Shown: piece after piece, positions 11,413 through 23,917 of the stretch
Layout: every line of letters starts with the position of its first letter
How positions within the stretch are numbered: the first letter of the stretch is position 1
The notes under the pieces: generated by a model
The model's database searches: none
The model's input: only the letters and a program-made list of their open reading frames with translations
What the model was told of the DNA's origin: nothing
NCBI RefSeq assembly: GCF_006345805.1
Contig: NC_043001.1
Span: forward strand, 82,956,001 to 83,020,000
Reading direction: 5' to 3'
Origin: Octopus sinensis
Taxonomy: Eukaryota
Length of the DNA: 64,000 nt
Made by a program: the position numbers and the translations under genes

Positions 11413-11994
11413 CTCTACACTATTATATGGTGCAGAAACATAGATATTGACAAAATATCGACATGTATAAAAATGTATGCTTTGTTCTAACAGAACATCC
11501 ACGTTTAAGTGGAGACAGATATTACCACATGGTATTAATACTCTTACAGTATTAATACTCACAGTATTAATTCTCTGGTTAATCGAGACACGAACTAATC
11601 GGGACATGAGTGCCTGTTCTGGCACCGTTTAGATATTACGTTTCGGTATCAACACCGCCTTTGTCCCTAATATGCATATTTCTAACAAGCTCGGTGACTA
11701 ATCGCGACACCAGTGCCTATTCTGGCACTGTTCTCTATACATCGCTGGTGGGGAGATGAGTCGCTGCTATCTCTAGTTATCGAACGTCCACCATTGACAA
11801 GACCAGGGAAGTTCGAAATCACGTGATCTGGTGTCTTCGGCGCAGGAGATGACGAGGATTTATCTCCTCGCTAGCGATGTTAGAAAGAGGTCATTTTGCA
11901 CTAAAAGTCAATGTGAGAGTTTCTCTCGAGATATCTAGCGCAGTATAGTTTGTTCTAACTGAACGTTCAGGTTTAAGTGGGGATAGATATACAG

Positions 11995-12280
11995 GAATGA
12001 TAAGAATGGTTTGGATAAAACACAAAACTAATGAAGAAGTACTGCAAGAAGCAACTTCAAAAGATCATTACTCTCAAGTATTAAAATAAGAAAGCTAAAG
12101 CACTTTGATGACAAAGAGCGCAAGGAAAGATAAATGGTAAACGCTCGAGGGAAAAACATAGGACAAACTGGTTTGATAACATCAAAGACTGGATTAAACT
12201 ACCGTAAAGTGAAAGCATAACAATGGAACAGAAAAGACTCGAATGGAAATATTTCATATACAACCTTCTGAGAACAGATT
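11995..12280 (+). mobile_element. RTE-clade LINE 3' fragment
   Basis: IRMVWIKHKTNEEVLQEA..RSLLSSIKIRKLKHF...GKINGKRSRGK..TNWFDNIKDW across frameshifts. Confidence 0.75.
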
Positions 12281-12699
12281 ACATTTATTATTGAAGACTC
12301 TTAGGTAATGAGTAGGCAGAGCAGTTCGAACGCCGAAAAAAAAAAATTATTTTGCTCTATTTGTTCTGGTTCTTTATGTTCTGAGTAGGTTGGGCCATTT
12401 GGTTAGAAATCTAGTACCGTCGCAGACCAAAGCTTAATATCCAATTGTAAAATTTTCAATAAGCATCCACACACACACACACACACACAAAAAAGATTGA
12501 ACTACTGGAAGAGTCTCCGTACGTTATATCTTACCTCTTCAGAACGCTGACGGGAGCTCAGCGCTACCATATATACCTTATTTGCACAGGCATATGTAAA
12601 GTGTCCCTATTTCAGCAACACATATTCAGTAAGAATGCTTTTACTGCACCGGAGTGGATGTGTGGCAAGAACTTTGCTTACCAACCAAATTGTTACAAG

Positions 12700-13129
12700 T
12701 ATCTTCTAGTATCTTGGGCTGACCAAAACATTGTGAGGGAGCTTGGTAGACGGAAACTGAAAGAAGCCCGTCGTATATATATATATGTGTGTATGTCTGT
12801 GTGTATACACATATACATATATACACACACATATATATATATATGTATGTATATCTGTGTGCGCGTGTGTGTGTCTTTTGTGCCCGTGTTTGTCACCCTA
12901 CCACCCTACCAACTGGTGTAGGTGTGTTTAGGTCCCCGTAACTTAGCATTTCGGCATAAGAGACCGATAGAATAAGTACTAGGTTTACAAAGTATAAGTC
13001 CAAGGGGTTGATTTCTTCCTCTAAAAAAACCCCCCATAAGACGGTGCTCTAGCATGGCCGCAGACAAATGACTGAAACAAGTAAAAGACAAAAAGAACAC
13101 ATATACAGATATATATATGTGTGTGTGTG

Positions 13130-13168
<39 letters not shown>

Positions 13169-13395
13169 GTGTGTGTGTGTGGTGTGTGTGTGTGTTTGTG
13201 TCTATGTTTTCACCCAGCATAGCTTGAGAACCAGTGTTGGTATGATGATGTACCTGTAACTTAGCCGTTCAGCCTGAGAGACCGATAGAATAAGTACCAG
13301 GTTTAAAAAAAATATGCTGGAGTAGATTCATTCGACTAACATTACTCAAGATAGTGCCCCCAGCATGGCCAAGGTCTAATGTACAAAACAAATAG
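12700..13395 (+). mobile_element. Family B SINE fragments (core plus tail, then a second tail)
   Basis: GGTAGACGGAAACTGAAAGAAGCCCGTCG, then microsatellite, then the tail CCCCGTAACTTAGC..GAGACCGATAGAATAAGTACTAGG..GGTGCTCTAGCATGGCC..ATGACTGAAACAAG. These are shared with the full copies at 18331, 23515 and 28955. Confidence 0.8.
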
Positions 13396-13429
13396 AAAGT
13401 AGTGCATTAAAACACAATTTTGGCCCAAC

Positions 13430-14270
13430 TTTAAGGCGGTGAATTAGCAGAATCGTTAGTACGTCAGGCAAAATGCTTAGCGGAATGTCGTCCGTTTGTT
13501 CGTTCTGAGTTCAAATTCCTATATCTTTATTGCCCTCAAGGGGCTAAACATAGAGGGTACAAACAAGGACAGACAAACGGATTAAGTCGATTATATCGAC
13601 CCCAGTGCGTAACTGGTACTTATTTAATCCCGAAAGGATGAAAGGCAAAGTCGACCTCGGCGGAATTTGAACTCAGAACGCAACGGCAGACGAAATACCT
13701 GTTTCTTTACTACCCACAAAGGGCTAAACACATAGAGGAGACAAACAAGTACAGACAAACGGATTAAGTCGATTATATCGACGCCAGTGCGTAACTGGTA
13801 CTTATTTAATCGACCCCGAAAGGATGAAAGGCAAAGTCGACCTCGGCGGAATTTGAACTCAGAACGCAACGGCAGACGAAATACCTATTTCTTTACTACC
13901 CACAAGGGGCTAAACACATAGAGGTGACAAACAAGGACAGACAAACGGATTCAGTCGATTATATTGACTCCAGTGCGTAACTGGTACTTAATTTATCGAT
14001 CCCGAAAGGATGAAAGGCAAAGTCGACCTCGGCGGAATTTGAACTCAGAACGCAACAGCAGACGAAATACTGCTAAGCATTTCGCCCGGTGCGCTAACAT
14101 TTCTGACAGCTGGCCGCTTTGAGTTCTAATTCCGCCGAGGACCACTTTGTCTTTCATCCTTTCGGCGTCGATAAAATAATTGCCAGTCGAATATTGCAGG
14201 TAAATATAATCGACTTGTCCTCTCCCACGAAATTGCTAGCCTTGTACCAAAGTTTGAACCCAATATTGGC
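13430..14270. mobile_element. Minus-strand trimer of SINE A (13520-14117) inserted into the B box of a plus-strand short-tail SINE A
   Basis: Three ~186-bp units. TSD tgagttcaaattcc (13506-13519) / tgagttctaattcc (14120-14133). The host head lies to the left and the host body and tail to the right. Confidence 0.88.
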
Positions 14271-14289
14271 CCAACTGTGTATATAGGGC

Positions 14290-14810
14290 TCGGGACGACG
14301 TTTTAGAGACACTTTCGAGGAGAAAAGTGCGTCTTTTATGTTATCAGATAATGTATGAGGAAAATTCACAAAAGTTTTGATCCAGAGTTTGGCAAGCAAC
14401 GAAGAATGAATAGCAATAGGAACCACTGACAGACCCTGAAACAACTTTCTTCAAACTATCACATCAAGTAACTGTTTATACAGCAACAGCTTGGCATTAT
14501 AGCGCTAACATCCTTAAAATATTTACGAAACTTGACCACATTTCCCTTGAGGCTAATAGACCGACTTTATATTGTTAGAGCTCATTCTATAGAATTAATC
14601 AAATATTTTCTCCAAAATTGGGAAACAGAATCTTTGTATTTGTCTGGACATTCTCCAGACGTCATCCCTATTGAAATTTTATGGCAGATCATTAAATCAA
14701 AATTGAATTCAAGAAATTTTGAATGCAAAAGAATCTTTATTCCAAGCAGTTCGCGATGAATGATAGAAATTCATGCTTCCATTATTGAAGAAAAAAAAAA
14801 ATAGTGAGAG
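14290..14810 (+). mobile_element. Degraded Tc1-like transposase fragment
   Basis: AHSIELIKYFLQNWETESLYLSGHSPDVIPIEILWQIIKSKL resembles the Tc1 WP..SPDLNPIENLW..K motif. No TIRs were found and the boundaries are approximate. Confidence 0.6.
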
Positions 14811-14904
14811 AATTTTGAAAAAAAATTTTAAAAATTAAACTATAAGAAGAAAACCATGCCCGAAGCATTGATTATTAAATTTATTTTCTGAATAACTATG
14901 AATT

Positions 14905-14949
14905 CTTCTCCTCCTCCTCCTCCTCCTCCTCCTCCTCCTTCTTCTTCTT

Positions 14950-15032
<83 letters not shown>

Positions 15033-15062
15033 GATTATTATTATTATCATCATCATCATTTC
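14905..15062. repeat. Compound (TCC)n(TTC)n(TTA)n(TCA)n microsatellite
   Basis: Direct inspection. Confidence 0.97.
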
Positions 15063-15838
15063 CATTTTTTTCTTTCTTTGCAATCTAAATGCAGTAACTG
15101 ATTTGTTTTCAGTAGAGACTAAACATAGGGTGTTTCATGGCACAATTGGAAGCGTGTCGGGAAAAATGGTTCCTGATATTTAGTTACGTCCTTTCACGTT
15201 CCTATTTAAATTCTTGCCTGAGGCCGATAAACTGTCAAAGTATTAGGGGTAGAGTTAATATTACACTCCCAGAAAATTTGTGGCTTTATGCTTCTTTGAG
15301 AAATCATTAATGGTAATATCGTTAGACGTCGGGCAATAAATGAATTAATTAAATATTTTATGGTATTTAGCTACTGTTCCTTGCGGTCTGAGATCAAGTC
15401 CTGCAAATGTCAACTTTATTCATGATCATTCTGATGAAGGACAAAATCACGAAACGTATCAATTAAGGACTGGGGTCGATATAATCAAGTTTCCACCGCC
15501 GTAATTTCTATTCTATGCCTATGCTAAGAATCATTATGATTGTTATTGGATGTAGATAGCAGAATAGGTAGAGAGGCAGACAAAATACAATGTAGCATTT
15601 AATTTTATCACAATGCATTTTGGTTTGAAACGATACCCAAATCGATTTCCTGTTTCGCCCTTCAATAACCCCAACAAATGCTGGTTGCGATATAACCATC
15701 TGCGCCAGTTAAGGCGATACCTCAACATGAATAAAATAAAATAAGACAAAATAAGCATATTTTGAATAAATTTCAATAACATACTAAACATTTCAAGCAA
15801 AGAATTTTACGCGAGTTAGGTGCAGATTATATATTTGT

Positions 15839-16222
15839 ACTAGCAGTATCGCCCGGCGTTGCTCGGATTTGTTTAGAATTGGAATTTTTGAAAAGTAAAA
15901 ATATTGCATTATGTAGCTTGTTATTCTCTTTAAGTGAACGTTTTCTGGTTGAAATACACCGAAAAATGGCGACACAGCAGTCAAAATATCGTAAAAAATA
16001 GGGATTTTCATAGAAAAAAAGCACCTTTGTGATGTAAATAATTTTTGGTGTTTAACATGGTCCGATTCGAATTTTTTCTTCTACGAAATGAAGAGCAAGC
16101 CTTCTTCTTTCATACTCTCAATTTTGGTCAACTTGCGCCGCAGGGTCTCGGAGGAGATAGTGTTAGTTGAAGGCTACCAAACCTGCCATACACAGACAAC
16201 TTCAGCTTTATAGAGAGAGAGA
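15839..16222 (+). mobile_element. Non-autonomous Helitron-like element (Lep1/HINE-like architecture)
   Basis: It starts ACTAGCAGTATCGCCCGGCGTTGCTCGG and ends ACAGACAACTTCAGCTTTATAGAGAGAGAGAT. Both termini recall Lep1-type Helitrons. No TIR or TSD. Confidence 0.6.
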
Positions 16223-16500
16223 TAATAGATAAATGTGTGTAGCTGCGTATACATATACGCACACAGGCACACACGCGCGCGCACAAACACACACAAACAC
16301 ACACACATATCAGGTATCGAGTACTTCTTTAATTTGTGAACACCAGCGGTGAGTATGTATGCGTGTGCTATGAGTGTTTGCGTGCGCGTATGTGAGCATG
16401 AATGCTAATGTATTTGCATGATTAAAAAACAAACAAGAATTAACCTCAAGATGCCACAACAAAAACAGAGATTACTTCGCATAATTTATCGCATGAACCA

Positions 16501-16537
16501 TCTTAACGTTTCGCTGACTATCTGTCTCATCAGAAGT
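16501..16537 (-). ncRNA. Degenerate hammerhead-like motif
   Basis: Reverse complement: ACTT CTGATGA GAC AGATA GTC AGC GAAAC GTT AAG. Cores are intact and stem I is CTT/AAG. Stem II appears to have lost CTG (GCTGAC/GTCAGC would pair). Confidence 0.5.
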
Positions 16538-16815
16538 TATTAAACCAAATGCAGTACTGAACGCACTCAGTCACACGGTATAATACCGTTATTGGTATTA
16601 TTACTGATTTGGTATATAAACTTACTATTTTATAAATTACCAAGAAAAAATGCTTTTTAGAAATGAAGTGGAAAGTAGCTTCGACGTCTTGTAAGTGAAT
16701 AATATACGTTGGAATCTTCTTACAACAGTTTACTGATTCTATTTTCTGGTTACTTTTCGCTGGCTCATTTCGCCTCTCGCCTTTTCTAAGCTATATGTGA
16801 GTGTAGGCGTGTGTA

Positions 16816-16852
<37 letters not shown>

Positions 16853-16855
<3 letters not shown>

Positions 16856-17986
16856 TGTCTGTGTATGTGTGGTGTGGTTATTCTGTGCGTGTTTCATCAG
16901 TTGTTCCCAGGTCTCCATTTTTCTATCTGGCGCACCGTTTTAATTGGTCAGGAATTACAGAAAAGATGAAAACGGAAGGACGAAGGCAAAATAATTTTTT
17001 TCGACCATTTCATAGAGATATTCAATGACCGTATATATACGACGGTATTCTTTCAGAAGGCGGTGAGCTGGCAGAAACGTTAGCACGCCGGGCGAAATGC
17101 TTAGCGATATTTCGTCTGCCGTTACGTTGCGAATTCAAATTCCGCCGAGGTCGACTTTGGGGTTCATCCTTTCGGGGTCGATAAATTAAGTACCAGTTAC
17201 GCACTGGAGTCGATATAATCGACTTAATACCTATGTCTATCCTTGTTTGTTCCCTCTATGTTTAGCCCCTTGTGGGTAATAAAGAAATAGGTATTCTCTC
17301 AGTTTCTGTCTGCCAAATTCACTCACAAGGCTTTAGTCGATCCGAGGCTATAGCAGAAGACACTTGCCCAAGGTGCCACCCTGAGGGACTGAACCCATAA
17401 TCATGTGTGTGTGTGTGGTGTGTGTGTGTGTGTGTGTGCTTGTCTGTGTATGTGTGGTGTGGTTATTCTGTGCGTGTTTCATCAGTTGTTCCCAGGTCTC
17501 CATTTTTCTATCTGGCGCACCGTTTTAATTGGTCAGGAATTACAGAAAAGATGAAAACGGAAGGACGAAGGCAAAATAATTTTTTTCGACCATTTCATAG
17601 AGATATTCAATGACCGTATATATACGACGGTATTCTTTCAGAAGGCGGTGAGCTGGCAGAAACGTTAGCACGCCGGGCGAAATGCTTAGCGATATTTCGT
17701 CTGCCGTTACGTTGCGAATTCAAATTCCGCCGAGGTCGACTTTGGGGTTCATCCTTTCGGGGTCGATAAATTAAGTACCAGTTACGCACTGGAGTCGATA
17801 TAATCGACTTAATACCTATGTCTATCCTTGTTTGTTCCCTCTATGTTTAGCCCCTTGTGGGTAATAAAGAAATAGGTATTCTCTCAGTTTCTGTCTGCCA
17901 AATTCACTCACAAGGCTTTAGTCGATCCGAGGCTATAGCAGAAGACACTTGCCCAAGGTGCCACCCTGAGGGACTGAACCCATAAT

Positions 17987-17990
<4 letters not shown>
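16853..17990 (+). repeat. Apparently exact 585-bp-period tandem duplication bounded by (GT)n, each unit containing SINE A nested in SINE B
   Basis: 16853-17405 equals 17438-17990 by eye, and the ORF-track entries are duplicated at a 585 offset. SINE A (+, ~17058-17289) is flanked by ggtattctttcag / ggtattctctcag inside a minus-strand SINE B. Confidence 0.93.
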
Positions 17991-18019
<29 letters not shown>

Positions 18020-18330
18020 TGCGGATATATAAATACCATGTGTTGTTCATTCAAACGGGTCTTGCGATATCTCCACACTATCCACTCGTAATAACAAAAT
18101 GTGAACAACTATCGGAATCTACGTACAATGGACAAGAAGTATTGTTACCCATTCTACACAGTACTTTCTTGGATAATGGAACTGCAAATGTAACATCCTA
18201 TAGCTTACGGCCATATCACGTTGAAAGCAACGATTATCGTCCGATCATCGAAGTTAAGCAACGCCGAGCCTAATTAGTACTTAGATGGGTGCCCGCTTGG
18301 GAAACCTAGGTGATGTAAGCGTCAATAATA

Positions 18331-18501
18331 GGCGTAGGAGTGGCTGTGTGGTAAGTAGCTTGCATACCAACCTCATGGTTCCGGGTTCAGTCTCACTGCG
18401 TAGCACCTTGGACAAGTGTCTTCTACTATAGCCTCGGGCCGACCAAAGCCTTGTGAGTGGATTTGGTAGACAAAAACTGAAAGAAGCCCGTCGTACATAT
18501 G

Positions 18502-18534
<33 letters not shown>

Positions 18535-18790
18535 ATGTGTGTGTGTGTGTGTGTGTGTGAGTGTGCGTGTGTGTGCGTGCGTGTGTGCGTGTGTCTATGT
18601 TTGTCCCCCCCAACCAACATTGCTTGACAACCGATGCTGGTTTGTTTACGTCCCCATAACTTAGTGGTTCGGCAAAAGAATAAGTAGTAGGCTTACAAAG
18701 AATACGTCCTAGGGCCGATGTACTCGACTAAAGGCGGTGTTCCAGCATGGCCACAGTCAAATGACTGGAACAAGTAAAAGAGTAAAAGAG
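18331..18790 (+). mobile_element. Family B tRNA-derived SINE with internal microsatellite, full length
   Basis: GGAGTGGCTGTGTGGTAAGTAGC (A box), GGTTCCGGGTTCAGTCTCAC (B box), CCTTGGACAAGTGTCTTCTACTATAGCC core, TA/TG tract, and a tail ending AAGTAAAAGAGTAAAAGAG. Confidence 0.92.
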
Positions 18791-18911
18791 TATATTTTTA
18801 CTTTTATTTATATTCTGTTATTTCCCTTTATACTTCCTCTATCCCTTCTTTTTCAAAATAACTTCTTGTATTGAATTCTATTATTTCCCTATACTTAAAT
18901 GTCTCGTATCA

Positions 18912-18957
18912 TCTCTGATGAACGGATGTCCCTAATATCCCAGAAACAGCTGTAAGA
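18912..18957 (+). ncRNA. Minimal hammerhead-like motif in a PLE-type pseudo-LTR remnant (~18840-19175)
   Basis: TCT CTGATGA AC GGAT gtccctaat ATCC CA GAAAC AGCT GTA AGA. Cores are intact, the stem III loop is palindromic (ACAGCTGT), the triplet is GUA and stem I is TCT/AGA. The base of stem II is mismatched. Confidence 0.6.
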
Positions 18958-19217
18958 CTACCTTTCTATTTATAAACGTCCTATAAATTCCAACAGCCTC
19001 GATTTTGTTCTCTCATTTTATTTAACACATACATGCTCACACAAGACCCGCATTAGGCTCCTCACTCGTATGATTATCGAACCGAGAATCTAACCACGGT
19101 CCTCCTGTAGCACTTACATAGCCTTACCTGCTATCCTGGGTTTTCTGGATACCATTACCTCTAATATGTTTCAATATATATATATATATATATATAAATA
19201 TATATATGTATGTATAA

Positions 19218-19441
19218 TTTCGGTCATATTATGCGGAGAGAATCCCTGGAGAAGGACATCATGCTCGGAATGGTCAGTGGCAAGAGAGGAAGAGGTCGAC
19301 CAAGAACCCGCAGGTTGACACCATCAGGAGTGATACGGGAATGGACATGGCCAGTCTGAAGGAAGCGGCCCAGGATAGAACTGACTGGAGGACACTACTG
19401 ATCCAACGAGTGATCGAGAGTCGACTTCGACTGAGCGGTTA
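19218..19441 (+). mobile_element. RTE/BovB-like LINE 3' end
   Basis: FGHIMRRESLEKDIMLGMVSGKRGRGRPRTR..DTIRSDTGMDMASLKEAAQDRTDWR..IQRVIESRLRLSG*, a typical RTE C-terminus. Confidence 0.9.
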
Positions 19442-19455
19442 GAGAGAGATGTATG

Positions 19456-19511
<56 letters not shown>

Positions 19512-19689
19512 CATGCATATATTTATACATATACATACATACACACACGTGCAAACATACACATATACATACGTATATTCACACGCACATGCACATACAC
19601 ACATACATGTAGACACACACACAGCTCGCTGGTACGGGTATCTTTTCATATACTGTATTTATAGCAGCTGATAAGGTCTTCTACTTACA

Positions 19690-20468
19690 GTGGTGATGGT
19701 CATGGTGGCATTATTCGTTGTAGTAGTGTTAAGTGACGATTATGGTAGAGTGTGTGTAGGGGCGGGGTGATGAAGACTGGGGTCTGGGGGATGGCAGCAA
19801 TGGTGGTGTTAGTGGTAGTGATGGGGACGCTGATAATGAGAATGACAATATGGTGTGGTGGGGTTGTTTTTGCTGCTGTTGTTGTTGTTGTTGTTGTTGT
19901 TGTTGTGTTGGTGGTGGTGGTGGTGGTGGTGATAGTGGCGGCGGTGGGGACAGTGCTTGGGATAATGAAGGTGGTGGCGATTGTGACGGAAGTGTCTGAA
20001 GCTGATAACGTTAATGAGAATAATAGGGCTGATAATGCTGGTAACGCTAGTGATGATAATAGCGGCGGCGGCGGCGTTGGTGGTTGGGACGGATGCGGTG
20101 GAGGTCGCTGCGGTTTCGCTGGTGGCGCTGGTAGCGCTGGTAGCGCTGGTAGTGATGATTGTTATAGTGGTAAAGTCATGAAAGAGATGGTGAAGGCGAT
20201 GGTGGTGGTGGTAGTAGTGGTGGTGGTGGTGGCAGTGAGCATAAGGGTGACAGTAGTAGTGATTGTGTAGTGGGGAGAGGATGGTGGTGATCGTGGTGGT
20301 GGTGGTGGTGGTGGTGGTGGTGGTGGTTATCTTGAGGGTGGTGACGATGGTGATGATAATGAAGATTGTGGAGATGCTGACGGTGGACATGAAGGCGATG
20401 ATAACGATGACGGTGGTGCTGGCGACAATGATGTTGTTGGTGGCGGTGGTGGTGGTTTGGTGGTAGTG

Positions 20469-20500
<32 letters not shown>

Positions 20501-20585
20501 GGTGGTGGTGGTGGTGGTGGTGGTGTTGATACTGATGAGGTTGCAACTGTTGATTATCGGGTCGGGTTGGGGGTTTGGACACGAT
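19690..20585. repeat. Degenerate (GGT/GAT/GTT)n mosaic tract
   Basis: Direct inspection. It is the source of the 172-aa and 257-aa low-complexity ORFs. Confidence 0.85.
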
Positions 20586-20949
20586 GGTGCCAATGTGATG
20601 CGTTTCGATCGAATTCCAATCTAATTGTGCAAATTAAAACTGATTTTTCACCATCTTCAAATTTTCGGCAGACTCGTCGATTTACTAACAAACGCGCGCG
20701 CGCACACACACACACACGCACGCGCACTTACACGTGCTCACACATATGCACACTCGCACATCTGCACACACATACGCGCTCACACATGCAATGTCTTAAT
20801 AGAACTGTCATCATCATCGTCATCATCATCATCGCCATCATCATATCAGCATTCTTCGCCTTTGTAATAATCACCGTATCACACTCACTGTTACACTATT
20901 AAAACAGTAACAACAACAACTGCAACAACAATAGCAAACAACAGCAATA

Positions 20950-21536
20950 ATGATCCTTTCTATTATAAGCACAAGGCCTGAAATTTTGGGAGAGGGTATA
21001 AGTCGATGTCATCGACCCCAGTACTTCACTGGTACTTAGTTTATCGATCCCAAAAGGATGAAAGGCAAAGTGGACCTCGATGGAATTTAAACTCAGAACG
21101 TAGTGACAGGCGAAATACCTATTTCTTTACTGCCCACAAGGGGCTAAACACAGAGGGGACAAACAAGGACAGACAAGCAGATTAAGTCGATTAGATTGAC
21201 TCCAGTGTGTAACTGGTACTTATTTAATCGACCCCGAAAAGATGAAAGGCAAAGTCGACCTCGGCGGAATTTGAACTCAGAACGTAGCGGCAGACGAAAT
21301 ACCTATTTCTTTACCACCCACAAGGGACTAAACACAGAAGGGACAAACAAGGACAGACAAACGTATTAAGTCGATTATATCGACCCCAGTGCGTAACTTG
21401 TACGTATTTAATCGACCCCGAAAGGATGAAAGGCAAAGTGGACCTCAGCGGAATTTGAACTCAGAACGTAACAGCATACGAAATACCGCTAGTCATTTTA
21501 ACCGGCGTGCTAACAATTCTGCCGGCTCACCGCCTT
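20950..21536 (-). mobile_element. SINE A trimer: one head, two long-tail units, one short-tail unit
   Basis: Junctions GAAATACCTATTTC at 21112-21125 and 21296-21309. The leftmost unit carries the short tail (ttctattataagcacaaggcctgaaattttggg). Confidence 0.88.
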
Positions 21537-21559
21537 AACAACAGGAAGAAGAATGGTTT

Positions 21560-21985
21560 CAAATCTTGATACATTGCTAGCAATTTTTGTGGAACGGATA
21601 AGTCGATTACATAGATCCCGGTGTTCAACTGGTACCCAATTTATCGACTCCGAGAGGATGAAAGGCAAAGTCGACTTCAGCGGAATTTGAACTCAGAACG
21701 TTCAGGCGCTAAGCATTTCGCCCGATGTGCAAACGACTCTGCCAACTTACTGCCTTCAAGCTACGTAATATTCGTTTTAAATTTGGCCCAAGGCCAGCAA
21801 TTTTATGGGGAGCGGGTGAGTCGATTATGCTGAACTAGTACTTGACTGGGATCTTAATTTATCGATCCCATAAAGTTGGAAGGCAAAGTTGACCTCGGTG
21901 ACTTTTGAGCTCAGAATCTAAGGTCGTAAGAAAGGATGCTAAACATTTTGCCAGTTGCACTAATACTTATGCCAAGCCCACCGCA
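21560..21985 (-). mobile_element. Two further short-tail SINE A copies, diverged
   Basis: aaggcaaagtcgac...gaatttgaactcagaacg cores at ~21660 and ~21880. Confidence 0.75.
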
Positions 21986-21986
21986 A

Positions 21987-22375
21987 GAACAAATTCCAAG
22001 GGCGAACTATGTAAAGTGCAGAATTGACAACACAACTGAAAGAGACAAACGCGGAGTGTGTGGTGAGAGGGGTGAAACGGTAAGGCATATTATCAGGGAA
22101 TGACCAAAATTGACAGCGCGACTACAAAAGACGACATGACAATGTGGTAAAAATGATCCATTGAGAGCTCTGTGGAAATCAAAGCAACAAAGAGCAAAGA
22201 CGAGGTACGACCAAATACCAGAATGAGTTACTGAGAATGAAGACCGCAGAAACCTGTGGGAGGCAATGATTCAGTGTGACCATCAGATCAGACATCGGAA
22301 ACCTGACTAATCGACATAGCATGTTCCGTGGACAACTAGATCGATGTGAAAGTAGAAATTATGAAATTTAAAACA
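21987..22375 (+). mobile_element. R4/Dong-like non-LTR retrotransposon fragment (CCHC knuckle + REL)
   Basis: RANYVKCRIDNTTERDKRGVCGERGETVRHIIRE*PKL..YKRRHDNVVKMIH*ELCG...ENEDRRNLWEAMIQCDHQIRHRKPD..IDIAC.VDN, matching C..C....ET..HI..C, RHD.V, KPD and IDIA motifs. Confidence 0.85.
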
Positions 22376-22589
22376 AACACATAATTTTCTTATGGTTTCT
22401 TAAACATTCTCTAGAACAACACTATGTACAAAACTAAATACATGGCACCCTAGGCATAACACCAACATGAACTACTAACTTGTTGTCTCTTGAAGTCTCC
22501 GGATGAGACCTGGAGCCAACTTGTACAAATGTGTAAAGCAAAAGTCAAACATAAAATAATAATAATAATACTTTCTACTAAAGGCACAA

Positions 22590-22960
22590 TGCATGAAATT
22601 TGCGGAGGGGAACAGTCGATTGCATCGACCTCAGTGTTTCACTGGTACTTAATTTATCGACCCCGAAAGGATGAAAGGCAAAGTCGACCCCGGCGGAATT
22701 TGAACTCAGAACATAAAGACAGACGAAATACCTATTTCTTTACTACCCACAAAGGGCTAAACACAGAGAGGACAAACAAGGACAGACAAACGGATTAAGT
22801 CGATTATAACGACCTCAGTGCGTAACTGGTACTTAATTTATCGACCCCGAAAAGATGAAAGGCAAAGTCGAATTCGGCGAAATTTGAACTCAGAACGTAG
22901 CGGCAGACGAAATACCACTAAGCATTTCGTCCGGCGTGCTAGCAATTCTGCCAGGTCACT
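22590..22960 (-). mobile_element. SINE A dimer (long-tail unit joined to short-tail unit)
   Basis: Junction GAAATACCTATTTC at 22725-22738. Confidence 0.88.
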
Positions 22961-23011
22961 GCCATAATAATAATAAGAAGAAGAATAAAAATAATATTGT
23001 TATTATTATTA

Positions 23012-23052
<41 letters not shown>

Positions 23053-23433
23053 GTTATCAGAGCCACCAAGGGCCAATCATTCATATTACAAATACGCATA
23101 CTAAAGAATTGCAAAATGTGAGAGAGGGAAATGAAAATAAAATCATAGAAAGTGAGGTGAAATGTGTGAACAAAAAACTGAGCATAAATATACGTATACA
23201 TAAACATACACAGGCACACTCAAACACAAACGCACACACACACATTTGATGGCGTCTAAAACGCCCTCTTTAAAAAATGTCTCAAAACAATCACCTTAGG
23301 TCCTGCATGTAAATTTGGCCCTATGTTACACGCTTTAATGAACTAAAAGCTGTTTTTTCCTGAATATGCGCTACTGAATTATGGGCGTGCCTAATACGGC
23401 TGTGCACTTTTTCTGTCATGAAATACGGTATAC

Positions 23434-23490
<57 letters not shown>

Positions 23491-23514
23491 ATCACCCACA
23501 CACACACACACATA

Positions 23515-23917
23515 CGCAGGAGTGGCTGTGTGGTAAGTAGCTTGTTTACCAACCACATGGTTCCGGGTTCAGTCCCACTGCGTGGCACCTAAGGCAAGTG
23601 TCTTCTACTATAGCCTCGGGCCGACCAAAGCCTTGTGAGTGGATTTGGTAGACGGAAACTGAAAAGAAGCCCGTCGTATATATGTATATATATGTATGTG
23701 CGTGTATGTTTGTGTGTCTGTGTTTGTCCCCCTAGCATTGCTTGACAACCGATGCTGGTGTGTTTACGTCGCCGTCACTTAGCGGTTCGGCAAAAGAGAC
23801 CGATAGAATAAGTACTGGGCTTACAAAGAATAAGTCCCGGGGTCGAGTTGCTCAATTAAAGGCGGCGCTCCAGCATGGCCGCAGTCAAATGACTGAAACA
23901 AGTAAAAGAGTAAAGAG
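23515..23917 (+). mobile_element. Family B SINE, full length
   Basis: Same head, core and tail as 18331-18790. Confidence 0.92.

Noticed and set aside
13520-14117. Regularly spaced repeats resembling a CRISPR or satellite array
   Set aside because: The units are ~186-bp SINE bodies with no unique spacers, and the context is eukaryotic.
15428-15460. CTGATGAAGGAC...GAAACGTA hammerhead-like string
   Set aside because: Stems I and II do not pair convincingly, and it lies within a decayed SINE A.
19752-20582. 172-aa and 257-aa low-complexity ORFs
   Set aside because: Trinucleotide mosaics lack stops in some frames by construction.
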